A stretch of 64,000 nucleotides of DNA from Prorocentrum cordatum (GCA_963575745.1 CAUYUJ010000001.1:1178001-1242000); one strand, 5' to 3'. Shown: positions 14,743 through 27,349, counted from the first letter of the stretch. A program made the numbers and translations. The notes: generated by a model from the sequence alone, not told the origin.

Positions 14743-17700
14743 ATGAAGCCTCCTCTGGATCTACATGCCCAGAGGCGCACAGTACCTCATCACGATCAAG
14801 AAGAAGATATCTGGATACTTGCAGACGTGTTTGGCAAATTACCCAAGTTCATCGACATCACCAAGGTGAAGCTCCACTGCACCAACGGAGTCAAGGACTT
14901 AGACCACGCCAACCAGCAACGAGTTGCAGTTATCAGCCCAGCCCCACGCAGGACACGAAGCGAGGCCCCACCCCAGCGTCAACAAGAAGGAATGTCAACC
15001 TTCATGTACTACAGCAAGGGCTACGACAACAAGAAGGCGCTTATCTACACCCCAGGAGCCCCCCAAGCAGAACCACAAGGCGCTGCTCCTTGAACAGGCA
15101 TCGCAATGCCATCCCAAGGAGTCAACACGGCTGAAACCTCGTCACGCCATTACACCTACGTCTACCTCGACCTGGGATGTATCTAAGTACCCGCGGCAAT
15201 GAAGGGAGGCTTCGTACGCACCACCTACCGACACCACATCACCATCGCCTACCTCGCAGCAACTGGGGAGTGCTGGAAGGACAAGGTCAAGGAGAGCTGG
15301 GTCACCGTACTGGACAGCTTCATCGTGCACTCCAACAACGAGCTATGGACCGACACAAACCATTAAATAAATCAACCTAATCATTGCCCTCACTACCGCA
15401 CTGCTACAAAATACCGCACACCAGAAGATGCAGCAAACGACCGCGACCCCAAGAAGATCATCGTCCACAACTTGGAGTGACACGACATCCGAAGGCGGGC
15501 AACCACCGAACCACCACTACTACAAGCACCACCTTGGAAGAACAAGGACGAAGAGCCCTTCGCGAACCTCCAGACGCGGCACATCCTCAAAGGGAATGGC
15601 ATGGAAAAGCGCCACAACTGCGAGGAGAAAGAGCGCCAAGCCATCCACAGCAACATAGAGAGATTTACCCAGAATGCGTACATACTGGCAACCACCGACA
15701 TCTACGGCACGCTGCACCCCACCTCTGACATTGGCACACTGGCAGCATACGCAAGCGACATCGTGGAAACCCGTGGAGGAGGAGCACTACACCCATTCAC
15801 GGACAACTACAGACTACCCGTCGATCGTCCTCACGTTACTCCACAGACCATCGGCGGACTGCACTGCGAAGAAACCGACCTCACGGGACAGCGAGTACCA
15901 GTATACTTTTGCCACCAACGAGGAATCGCACTCCTATCCGCATGGAAAGGAACATACCGAACAACACCACTACCTATGAAGGAGATCGACCACGCGACGA
16001 TTCTAAAACTGAGCTCACCCACCAGCGACTTCCCCAAGTGGCCCTCCATCATAGACAACGCCTTCATCGAATGCCCAGCCAAGGTGGCACAGGAGATCAC
16101 CACGACCTCGGAGATATGCACAGCAAGAACCGACAGAACCACCAACGTCCACACGGAGGCACACAAGAAGGAGACCATCGTTCACCACGCCGACTTCACC
16201 CCAGATGGCGATGCATTACCAGAGATAAGACAGAGACCGGATTACCAACCACCAGTATACAAGCCACCCACAGAAATACTGCTAGGGGCCATCACGCTGA
16301 TCAAGGTCAACGACATCGACAAGCTATCTGAATAGGACGCACACAAAGCAAGACAGTACCTCATCGAGGACGAGGACAACCACAGCTCTCGCCACCTGCT
16401 CCAGCACCACCAGAAACTACGCAACGTTGGCTTTCAGCCCATCAACTGGACCCAAAGCTACTTCCCCGAATGGAATGCAGCCTTCCCAGAAGTCCGACCA
16501 CAACAAGCGCAACGACCAGCACGGCAAACACCGACCTGCTGCTCATACAAGAAGGGACAACACCACAGGTCGAACAAACCACTCCTCCATCTACGCCGAC
16601 TATCTCCCAGCTCATATACAACCAGGACGCGACGCCGACAGCGCGCCGGCCGACGCCGCCACAGGGACCACCACCAGGCAGAGCCCCAGCACAAACCACA
16701 ACGACGACGCCGACCCCCCGATACTTGCGCCACCCAGTCGCTCCGCCAAGGTACAATCAAGGCGACATCCTGTGGCCCGACTCCAACCGCAATGCAACGC
16801 TGCCACCGGGATGGCAGGCCGCCGCCGACGTAAACAGGAGCCGCGTTGACTACAAACAAGGCGGCTGCTTCCACCACAGTCTCAGGTGGATATTCCCCCC
16901 CTCCAAACGACCACCCCGCATTGCCAGAGCACCCCGTGAAACGAGAGCAGGTCGACAGAGCAATGACACAGACCATCCACGACCTACTCGACAGGCTGAG
17001 GACACAATACCAACAGGAACAGAGAGCACGCGACTGGGTCGATCGAGCACACCTGTGGTACAGCGACATCGCAGGCGGCACCTTCTTCTCCCACGTCAAG
17101 GCCAACCAGGAACCCAGGCCGTTCCTCACTTTCGGCAACAACATGTTCGCGATCGCACCCACGCTAGAGGGAGGTCTACACCCTCCACGAGTCAGTCACA
17201 TCATCCACCGCATTAAGCAGCTGCACAGCCCAAGACCAATACTCGCACCATACGACGACCACAGCACGTTCGACCGCGAGATACATATCGAGATGCCACC
17301 GACCCGAGACGCGAGCACACGCGAAGCCACCATGCACAAGAACGAAGACACGACAATGACTGAGGGCAACAACGCGGCGCACCTACCGAACGACGAAGCA
17401 CCTACGAGCAACGCAGACGCATCTACCAGCGCAACCCCATCAAGCATATCACCAGTACTGACACCCAACCAGCAGCAACGACCAATCCAGCATAGCCGCG
17501 CGACCCCAGCAGCGAAGACTGCGAAATTCGAAGCGCAGCCCACCCTACCGACAGTCCAAGACGAAACAGCAGAGCAACCTACACACGTGATGGACAACGA
17601 GGTCAACACCAGACAGCACGACCTTGACCTACAGGAGCAACACACAACCACCAGGGAACCCAGCTGCTCCAACCCGACGTCCAACGAACGACAGCACATT

Positions 17701-18205
17701 AGCAGCGAGCGCCAACCAACCACTTGCCACAGAAGTCGTACCACAGAGGCCCAGTGGCTGGTTCCCCGTCACCACGGTCACACACGAGAAGATCAACCCC
17801 GACGCAATCAATTTCCCGATGGAAGCAACCATACGCCACTCGTTCCACACTAAGTTGCAGGACTCTCTCGAACACGGCACAATCACTGCGAACGAGGGGG
17901 ACGAGGGCACAATCGTCAGCATGTCCTACAAGAGCAGCAACGACTTATGGGCACGGGGCACCATCACCCAGACCAATACCATGCGGAACACCAAACAGTC
18001 CCTGATATCAGACAGCATCACCGAATGCCAGTCCCAACACAACGACATCCAGGAGGAACTCGACACCCTGACGACAGTGGTAGGCAAACAACACGTCAGC
18101 TACAACCAGGCCCTCAACACCCAGAAGGAGATCACCCTGGCCAAGGAACCCATATCCGAGCCCATCGACAGCCTCAACGAGTCCATCGACAACCTACGCT
18201 CGTGA
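14743..18205 (+). pseudogene. Long decayed ORF of an unclassified A/C-rich element, with two HxT motifs and a coiled-coil C-terminus
   Basis: One reading frame continues from 14743 to beyond 16335 through isolated stops (15091, 15184, 15364, 15478, 16333). Later pieces at 16846 and 17624-18205. Confidence 0.55.
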
Positions 18206-19773
18206 ACTTCGGCGATCGCAATCCTCGCCATCACCTACCAAACACTAGACGACCGCACGAGGTGCCCACGCGCCCGACGTCACAGCCAGCGGAAACGCCT
18301 TCCCGACCTCTGATCTACGCTCCAACTGTTCCTCATCAGCTATCGCTTCCTGAACCGCACCCTCCGCATCGTCAGCGGGAGCATCCTTGCCCTCTACATC
18401 CTCGGCTACTCCATGCATACGAACTGCACCCTCCTGACACACTACCACCTCGGAGGGGCAGGGAGGGATGGGAGTGGATGAGTGTGGAGGTTAATGGGTT
18501 TGGTGGGTGCGGTGGTCGGTGTGGGGGTGGGTTAGGAGGGCGCACACCAGTCGACCCGCAATTCCCTCCCCTCGTTCCTCCCCTCCTTCGTTCGCTTCGC
18601 CGCCCGCGTCCCCCTTCGACCTCCTCTTTCGGGCCCCCGTCCGTTTCTCCCCCCGAGTACCTCGCCGGCCCCACCACCGCTGACCAGCCCATTTTCCGAA
18701 TTGGCCCCCTCCTGCGGTGCCTTACGGCACCCGCAGGAGGGGGCCATTGGCTGCACCAACAAATTGGATCAACAGCCGCGAGCGAGCGAGCGAGCGAGGA
18801 GGAAGCGGAAAATGAGCAGGAGAAGGAGGAGCGGGAGGAGGAGGGGCAGCGCGGGGCAGAGGGATGCACAGGAGGCAAGGGAGGAGAGGAAAGCAGGAGA
18901 AGCAGGAGGAGGAAGCGGCGAAGGGAGAGGAAGAGGACCAGGAGGAGAGAGAAGACAAGGAAGAGGACTCGTGGCCCCAACCACTTGGATAGATGGGCCA
19001 GACCACCTGTCACAAGCGTTGGCCGTACCGCTGGGCACACTTCTTCCTTTTGTGACCAGGCCGACTGGGTTGAGCCACGAGAACAACGTTTCTAAGCCCA
19101 AGGGAAAATGCAGTCAGGAATTTTAGCTTAGCGCGTCACGCCGCCAGTTCTGGCCCACCACGTTTCGGCGCGACGCGCTATCCCGTCCCTCTGAGCGGAG
19201 CGGCACGCTGTCAGCTCGCAGGGCATGGCGTGTCGACGGGGCCACCGCCGCGGCACGCTGTGCAAAAGTTCCTGACAGTCTGGCCCACTTAGAACAGCTT
19301 CTGATTTGTTTATTTTGCGGCCGCAGAGCTCCCGACCCCTTATGCCCTGGGTAGTTTTTCGTCCCGGTTCGTTTTTGATTGCCCTGGGGCCCGATAGCAG
19401 GCCCCGGAGGCCGAAATCCAGGAAAAGCGCCAGGACTGAAAAAAACATGAGTCGGTGCCAAGCCTCGGTGCGAGTCCGCTGCGCAGCCGGGCGTCTGCTC
19501 GGAGGTAACCCCGCGTCGGCCCACCTTATCCACAGGACGACGGCGACGAGGGCACGAGCGCAGAGGGGGAGGCAGGAACGAACGACGAGGCGACCGGGGA
19601 AAGGGAGGAAACGCAACGCCCCTGCTCCCCACGTCTGGCGGCAGTGACGGCGCCCGAGTGACGGCTTGTCCTTTCCCTTGAGAGCCGACGACACTGAAGA
19701 TTGACAACGTCGTGAGAAGCCCCGGCGCCGTGTCTCGATCCGTGAAGGTCCTGGGGCCCCAAAAGATGCGAAA

Positions 19774-20005
19774 ATGCCCCGCTCGGAGAAAATTGCGACG
19801 CCATGGATCTCAGGGTCTCCCCGGCGCCCCGAGGACGCGGGCAGCCCAGCGGACGCCGGGGGCGAGCGCGCCCGCGTCGGCAAGTGGTTGTCGCGGGCGC
19901 TGCAGGCGGAGCGCGCCGCCGTCGCTCGCCTGCTGGAGGCCCGGCACTCCGTCCTGGTGCAGCAGTTCGAGCGCAGGGGACAGCAAGGCCTTGGCCGCGC
20001 ACAGG
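19774..20005 (+). CDS. Possible N-terminal exon of the channel gene (helical/coiled-coil segment)
   Basis: ORF segment RVGKWLSRALQAERAAVARLLEARHSVLVQQFERR has coding-like GC3. It is on the same strand, upstream, and followed by repeat-filled intron-like DNA. The link to the channel is inferred. Confidence 0.35.
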
Positions 20006-20590
20006 CCAGGATGGAGAAAACACTCCTCCCTCCCTCCTGCCTCCCTCCCTCCTCCTTACTCCCTCCCTCGTCCTCCTCCTCCTCCTCCTCCTCCTCCTCC
20101 TCCTCCTCCTCCTCCTCCTCCTCCTCCTCCTCCTCCTCCTCCTCCTCCTCCTCCTCCTCCCTCCCTCCGCCTCTTTCGTAGCCGCGCGGCAAAGGCAATC
20201 CGCACGCGCGCCCTCTGGTAGCTGGGGCGGTGCGTATGAATTGTCTGGCTGCAGCAGGAAGAGACAGGTCTGAGGGCGGCCGCGGAGCAGGAGCGAAGGG
20301 GGGAGGCCACTCGCAGCGCGAAAGTCTTCGGCATGAGGGGCCGGTGCGGCCGGCCGTTGTCGAAGGGAAAAACACACAGACACAAGTGAACCAAGATCCC
20401 GAGGAAAATGTGGGAGAATGTGAGCGGTGGAGGGGAAGACGGCACTCCAGATAAAGTATGAAAAAAATGTTAGGTATCCTAGGGGTTGTGTCTTTTTACG
20501 CGCGTGCCCCTGGACGCCTTCCACAGGTCGGGACCCCCACCTCCTCTCGCTGCGGAAAGAGACACGACACCAGAGATCCGAGGGTACAGT

Positions 20591-22270
20591 TAACCCGCAT
20601 AGTAAGGATGAGCAGATTTCCAAGGCTAACCTTGCATCCTTCCCCTTCGGCCCATCCTTGGCGGCTTTCGCTGGCCGCTCCTCACTCGCAAAGTGTCGAC
20701 ATGGCCGTCCAAGGCTCTTGCATCCTCATCATGCGTCCGTATTATACGGGTTGACTGTATGCTGTTTTCAATCAGCGGTGTTTCCTGGATTTCGGCCTCT
20801 GGGGCCCGTTATCGGGACCGGGGGCCATCATCAGAAATGGATCCAGGACGAAAAAACACCCCTGGGGATGTTTTCAATCCAGCGTTTTTTTTTTGAATTT
20901 CGGCCTCTGGGGCCCGTTACAGTCAACCCGCACAGTAAGGATGAGCAACTTTCCAAGGTTACCCTTGCATCCTTCCCCTTCGGCCCATCCTTGGCCTCTT
21001 TCGCTGGCCGCGCCCCGCTCGCGAAGTTCGGCATGGACTTCCAAGGCCCTTGCATCCTTATCGTGCGACCTTATTGTAATGGCCTCCGGCCAGTGCCACC
21101 GATCCGGGGGGCTCCGGATTCGGTGATCTTGGAGTCGTCGGGGACGCTGTTTGGGATGGAGGGCGCTCTTGGAGTCGTCGGGGACACTTTTTGGAGCTGA
21201 CGTGCCCTCTGGGGGGGTGCCTGGAGCGGTCCGGGGGGGGGGGGGGCCGGGGATGGTTCCGAGGGGAGGGTCCTGGGGGCGGTAGCGGCTAGATCTGAGG
21301 GGGGTCCCTGGGACCCCCCGAAACATTTTGGGGATGCGCAGATCATTAAGAAAACGCTAGATGGGGGACCGCCAACCCCCCTCCCCCGCTTATTCCCCTG
21401 GGTGAGGGGTCCGGGGAGGGTTCCACGGGGAGAGTCCTGGGGGGGATCCTTGGTACCCCCCGAAACATCTTGGGGATGCGCAATTGCTTTTTAGAAAACG
21501 CCAGATGGAGGACCCCCCCCCTCCCTTTCCCGGCAAAGCCACCCCGGCGACCCCCCCCAAGCAGAGCTGAAGCTCTTGCTGAGGCTCAGAGCTGAAGCTC
21601 TTGCTGAGGCTCCTTGTAGCTCACACGCCGGATCGGCGGATTATACGGATTGATCGTATGTGTTTTGTTGATCCAGCGGTTTCTCCTGGATTTCGGTCTC
21701 CGGAGCCCATTACGGCCAAGGGTCCATCAAACTTGGATCTGGGGCGAAAAACCAGCCCCGGGGATGTTTCCAATCCAGCGTTTTCTCCTGGACTTCGGCT
21801 TCCGGGACCCGCACAGTAAGGATGAGCAATTGTCCATGTTTACCATTGCATCCTTCGCCTTCGGCCCACCCTTGGCCGCTTTCGCTGGCCGCGCCTCGCT
21901 CGCAAAGTTTCGGCATGGCCTTCCGAGGCACTTGCATCCTTATCGCGCGTCCTTATTATACGGGTTGACTTCTGTGATTTGTGTAATCCACCAATGATGT
22001 TTCCTGGAGTTCGACCTCCAGGGCCCGTTATCGGGCCCAGGGGCTATCAGAAATGGATCCTGGACGAAAATCCACCCCTGGTGATTTTTTGTCAATCCAG
22101 CGTTTTTTCCAGGATTTGGTCCTCCAGGGCCTCAGAGATGGATCCGCGACGGGAAGACCACCCCCGAGGATTTCTTCAATCCATTTTTTTTCCTGGATTT
22201 CGGCCTCCGGGGCCCGATATCGGCCCCGGGGGCTATCAGAAATGGATCCGGGACGAAAAACCATCCCCGA
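20591..22270 (+). repeat. Cluster of dispersed repeats (AGTAAGGATGAGC...TTGCATCCTT family and TTTCGGCCTCTGGGGCCCG family)
   Basis: First family at 20591-20760, 20921-21075 and 21805-21970, also 8808-8937 (+) and 59040-59207 (-). Second family interleaved here, also at ~8495 (-), ~19390 (-) and ~51910. Confidence 0.85.
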
Positions 22271-23143
22271 GGAAGGAGTCGGGGACCGCGGATTGAGAAA
22301 ATCGTATCGTCGGATGTTTGGGACGCGAGGTGTTTGGCAATTGTTTCGGCTTCTGGGGGCCCTCACTCGGCCGCTGGGACCGTCAAGAATCGACTCGGAA
22401 TGAAAGATTTGTCTTGTGGAAGGGCTCTAGAGATCTCTGGGTTGACGTCGTGGAAAAAGCACGACGTCGAAGATCTGGGCTGTTGCCCACGGTGCTCTTG
22501 GCGCAAGTTACCCCCAGGACTCCCCGAGTAGCCCAGATGGCCTCGACAGCGCTCCCTCACGAGGCCCTGGGGGCCCCAGGATGGCACGCATAGCTGGGGG
22601 GCCCTGGGCCAAGGCCACCCCTGGTAACCCCCGGCGGCGGAGGTCACTTCGGCCGACGAGCTCACGCGCTCCGCGCCCGTGGGCGCCCTGCGGACGCTTG
22701 CGCCGCCGAGCCCGAGGACGCTGCCCGGGTCCTTGGCGGACAGCGCCGAGGCGCCCGAGGCGCCCGGCGGGCAGCCGAGCGGGGTGCTTCCGGACCTGGC
22801 TTGGGACGCCGTCAAGCTCCAGGATCGCGACGACAGCTTGGTACCCAGGGCGGGAAGGCCTCGAGGTCCTGGCGTTGCAGCTTTTTCGAGTCCGCAGGTG
22901 TCGCATCATTTCGAGCCCCGGACCCTCACAGATCGATCTGGCTCGGAAACTGGCGCAGAAAGATGGGGTCCCGGGCTCTGGCCGTGAGTTTCCACGATGT
23001 TGCAATTGTGGGGGGTCGTCGGATCTCGGGGGAGATGCGATGCCGCTACCCGCCCCTCGTCGCCACGGCTGGATTCGCCTCGAGATCTTGGTCAGAGCGC
23101 GCGCGCCCGGGGAGAGGTCCGGGGAGCAGCCACTTTGATCTCC

Positions 23144-23190
<47 letters not shown>

Positions 23191-23520
23191 CGCACGAGTG
23201 GCCCTTCGCCCGAGTGGCCCGTGGTGCGCGGTTTTTGCGGGGGGCGCTGCGGGGTCAGGCCCAAGCACGCAGGCCGCTGCTGGCGCACTGCGCACGCAGC
23301 TGCTGGGAACGTCGCGCACCAGAGGACCGAACCAAGACGTCCAGCGTCTCGATGTTTTCGAGGCGCGGGCTTCCCCGACCCCCTCGACCAATTCCCCAGC
23401 ACCAGTTCTTCATCCCGGGTTTGTTCTTGACGGTCCCGAGGCCCGGTGAGAGCCCCGAGAGGCTGAAGATGTCATTCTTGCCCGGCCAGGGTCACTCTCA
23501 CGTGGCTGGTGTCACCCCAG

Positions 23521-23670
23521 GTCACCACCCGAGAACTGGACACGGTGCCCACGACGGCGACGGCGAGGGCTTCTGCCGATAGCGCGGCCCCGCTGCACCA
23601 GGCCAGCACCAGCGACGTCCACTGGCGCTCGAGCCAGCTGAGCGTGCAGTGCCGCAGGACCAGCGCGCAG
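23521..23670 (+). CDS. Probable upstream exon of the channel gene (VTTRELDTVP...CRRTSAQ)
   Basis: Preceded by CCCCAG, ends CAG|GT, and splices in phase 0 to CAG|GTG at 23972. The intervening intron contains a dispersed repeat. Confidence 0.55.
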
Positions 23671-23971
23671 GTTCAGAGGAAGAGAAGCTACGGATGCCGC
23701 GTTGGGCCTCCTGGGAGGCCCTCGTCGCCACGGCAGGGGTCGCCTCGAAATCCTGGTCAAACTGCACTCTAGGAGAGGTCCTGGGAGTGGCGGGTGAGCG
23801 ACGCAGGAGAACGGGTTCGATTGCGCCGACATTCGCGCGCAAGTTGCCCGCATAAGGCCGCGCGTCAGCGCCTTCTTCTCCACTCGGCGTGCCTCGCTGG
23901 AGGCCCGTGTAGGCCACCGCGTAAGGTCGCCGCGTCATCTCGCGAGAAACCAGTTTATGATCGTCGCTCAG

Positions 23972-26196
23972 GTGATCAACAGGGTGACTTCGACGGTTTT
24001 CCGCAAGCGCGAGGAGCAAACGACGCGTCTCGGCAGGCTCGTGACCAGCACCCGCTTCGAGGCCGCCGGGGCACTTCTCGTCATCGTGCTCGCGGTCTGC
24101 ATGGCGATGGAATCGCAATATTCGGGGCTGGACCTCGGCTTCCAGCTGGGATACGGGTCTTACTTCAGGCCGGCTGCGCGGGTCTGGCCCTGGGCCGTCG
24201 ATGTGCTCGACGTAATGAGTTTTGTGCTGGGCGTCGCGTTCTGCTTTGAGCTCGCCTTGAAGCTCCTAGGGCTCGGACTGCACGGCACTTTTAAAGAAGT
24301 CTGGAGCATCTTCGACGCCGTGATCACGGTGCTGTGGATTGCAGAGGTCGTCCACTTGGATCGCCAGGTGCACTCGGACGCTCATTTGATTCGGGTTATC
24401 CGCATATTCCGGCTTGTTCGCTTCATACGGCTGGTCAAAACGACGAGGATGCTCGATTCCTTGTACTTGATCTGCACTGCTCTGAGAGGAAGCGTTTCAG
24501 CCTTGGGCTGGGCTTCCGTTATACTATTCCTCGCCCAGGTCCTCGTGGCGTTCCTCATAACCGAAACCTTGAGCCTCTGCTACTTCAACGATGACCGAAA
24601 CGACGAGCAGCAGCGGAGAGAAGTGTTTGAGTATTTTGGCACATTCACCAGGGCCGTCCTCTCCACATTCGAGATGACGCTGGCGAACTGGCCGATCGCC
24701 TGCCGGCTGCTCGCCGAGAACGTGAGCGAGTGGTTCGTCGTGCTCTGCCTCGTGCACAAACTGACCGTAGGCTTCGCGGTGGTGGGCATCATAAAAGATG
24801 TAAGTACGCCACCCTGACATACGAGGTACACGCACACGTGATTGAAGTGCTTCTCATTGATGGTCACCAGCCCCTCGACGACGACGACGAACGTACGTCA
24901 GTGGACTAGTATCCGTCAACAAATCCTTTTCCCTCTTCGTAAAATTTCTAGTCCCATCTCACAAGCAGCCCGAAGCATACGAACACGATCCGCACGTTCA
25001 TCAGCCTGAGAGAAAACAATCCAGTCAGACTTACATCGGCGTACTTACATCTTTTATAGGTGGTGGGAATCATCAACGGCGTGTTCATCCAGGCTTGGCG
25101 ATCCCAACCGTGTGCCAGACCAGTTTGATGCACGCTTCCGCGCGCCCCAGCATGTGCGGAAGCCCGCGTTAAGCTAGCATGTACCGCGGTTGGCGTCGTC
25201 CAGCTAGGAGACCTTCAAGTGTGCCCACGACGACGATTTGATCCTCATACGCCAGAAGGAGCGCGCCCTCGCCACGCACGTCAAGAAGATGCGAAAGCTC
25301 TTCCAGGCCGCCGACCAGAACAACAACGGAGTGCTGGACCGGGAAGAGTTCAAGCGCATCCTGCAGGACCGCGACGTGAGGACGTGGCTCACCGCGATGG
25401 ACTTCGGCGGCGCGCTCGAGGGGCGTGGCGTGAGGGGGGCGGCCTTCTAAGAAGGCAGGGGGGCTTCTCAGAGGGCCGGGGCCTTCGTAGAAGCGCCCGG
25501 AGACTTTCAGGTAAGCTTCTTCTCCAGGCGCTTCTTAGAACGCCCTTGCCTTCTAAGAGGCCCTCTTGTTTTCTGAGAAGGCCACCCCCCTCGCACCACC
25601 CCATCGTGCGCGCCGCCAAGGACTACGACCTTGATGACACGGACATGTTCTTCAGCATGCTCGACGCAAACGGCAGCAACACGATCTCCCCAGAGGAATT
25701 CATGAAAAGAAAAATACATAAGCATAGACTTCTGGAGGTTCGCGAGGATTTCTGGGCTCCGCGTCGGATCCCCTTGCATCCTTGGCGCAGACCCGCGCGG
25801 ACCTCCGAAAGTTTATGTCTATGCAGTTCTCCCCAGCGGAAAGGTTGGCGATGTTGGATTAGAAGAGTAGGGATCCCGACCCGCTTCGCACACCTTGCAT
25901 ACCGCGGCCGCCAGACCCAGAGTGCCAGTGCTCCCTGGACATTCCGCCTCGTGCCTTCGACGAATGACGACTGCCGCGGCCGCCAGGACTAGTGACTAGA
26001 GTGTGCCGGTGCTCCATGGGGATCCCGCCTCGCGCTCCTGGGAGGTAAAACTGCAGGATCGCTCGAAGCAAAAGAGCTTTGTTCCCTCCAGGAGTTCGTG
26101 AACGCCATCACCCGCCTGCGCGGCGTCGCCAGGTCGGTCGACGTCAAGCGGCTGCTCACGGAGTTCTCCATAGACGCCAGGGGCGGGATGCGCTGA
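23972..26196 (+). CDS. Single-domain (6TM) voltage-gated cation channel with two C-terminal EF-hands (EukCat-like). Exons 23972-24778, 25060-25092, 25208-25399, 25621-25695, 26092-26196; 5' exons lie further upstream
   Basis: Hydrophobic S1-S3; S4 IRVIRIFRLVRFIRLVK; pore FGTFTRAVLSTFEMTLANW. S6 HKLTVGFA|VVGIINGVFIQ|ETFK joins in frame after removing GT-AG and GC-AG introns. EF loops DQNNNGVLDREE and DANGSNTISPE|E; tail FVNAITRLRGVARSVDV. The final stop at 26196 is tentative. Confidence 0.88.
24779..25059 (+). mobile_element. Introner-like intron (GT-AG) with a perfect 20-bp terminal inverted repeat
   Basis: ATAAAAGATGTAAGTACGCC (24791-24810) is the exact reverse complement of GGCGTACTTACATCTTTTAT (25038-25057). 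The intron start GTGGTGGGCATCAT duplicates the next exon start GTGGTGGGAATCAT. Confidence 0.8.
25400..25620 (+). mobile_element. Introner/MITE-like intron (GA-AG) of the CCTTCTGAGAAGG family
   Basis: Ends CTTCGGCGGCGCGC / GCGCGCCGCCAAG are inverted, and the inversion extends inward. Related copies at ~52641-52854 and ~53640-53840. Confidence 0.75.
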
Positions 26197-27349
26197 GGTC
26201 GTAGTGCGGGGCTGGTGCCGCGGATCGGCCAAGGAAGAGAATTCAGGGCTCACGAACGTGGACCGTGGGGTCGCCGCTCCCCCTGTCCCGCAGCCAGGCA
26301 CAGGGCCAGGCCTGGCTGCGCAGGCAAGACCCTGGTGCTGCGGAGCTCGCACCCGAGCTCCTGGCCCCCGTTGGAGGTCGCCGCGAATCCTCCTGGGTCG
26401 TGCTTCCTTCGCGTCTGGAGGCGAGCTGGAACACCGATACGGAGCAGCGGCCACGCCTGCTCTCCCCCGCCCGATCTCGAACAGCAACATCGGCATGTGC
26501 ACGTGCTTTCGGAGACGTCCGTGCGCCCTGGCCCCCCCCCGTTCGCGGCGCCTCCGGCGCCGCCCCTGGCGCGCTCCGCGCTCTAGGGAGGGGAAGCTAG
26601 CGCCGACTCAAGCAATCCGCGCAGACCTCCGAGAGTTCATGTTTATGCTGATTGATTGCATGCCTGTGTTGGGTAGCACCGCTGTTCATTTTCAGTTTCG
26701 ATCTCTGGCCGCTTCTCTCCCTCCCGTCCAGCCTCAATTCTTTCACCCTCTCTCTCCTGTCTCCTCCTCCCACCCTTCCGGTAGACACGTTCTGCGCTTT
26801 ATCTGCGCTCGCATGCATCCATGCGCCCTGGACTTTGAAGGGTGTCCAGTCTCTCTCTCGTCTCCGACTGCTCTCTCTCTTCTCCCTCCCCTCCCCGAGC
26901 GTCCATCGTTCATCCTCCTCCCCTCCTCCGCCTTGCAGACGCAGGACCTGGTGCACCATCTCTCCCTCTCCTTATCTCCATCTCTCTATCTCTCTCTTTC
27001 TCTTTCTCTTTCTCCTTATCTCTCACACCCTTTCTCTCTCTCTCTCTCTCTTTCTCTCTTTCTTTATCGCGCTCTGTCTGGCTCTCTCTCTCTCTATCTC
27101 TCTTTGTCTCTCTCTCTCTCTCTTTCTGTCTCTCGTTATTTTTCTCTCTCTCTCTCTCTCTCTATCTATCTCTCTTTCTCTGCCTCTCTCTCTCTCTCTT
27201 TCTCTCGAGTCTCGGCTCGAGAGTGCCTGGCACTCAGATCGAGCCCCGACGCGAAGCCTCCGGCTTCTCATCGCCCGGCGAGACCAGACCCGCGCCCTTC
27301 AGCGCGGGGCTGATTCGCGTCCCCCTCGGTACCCCGCAGACGGCCGCAG

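Noticed and set aside
23490..23520. Possible 31-nt micro-intron in the channel gene
   Set aside because: The frame only works with a GG donor; cannot be supported without cDNA.
24779..24817. ORF-track end of the channel (VVGIIKDVSTPP*)
   Set aside because: Read-through into an intron whose start duplicates the next exon; the protein continues at 25060.
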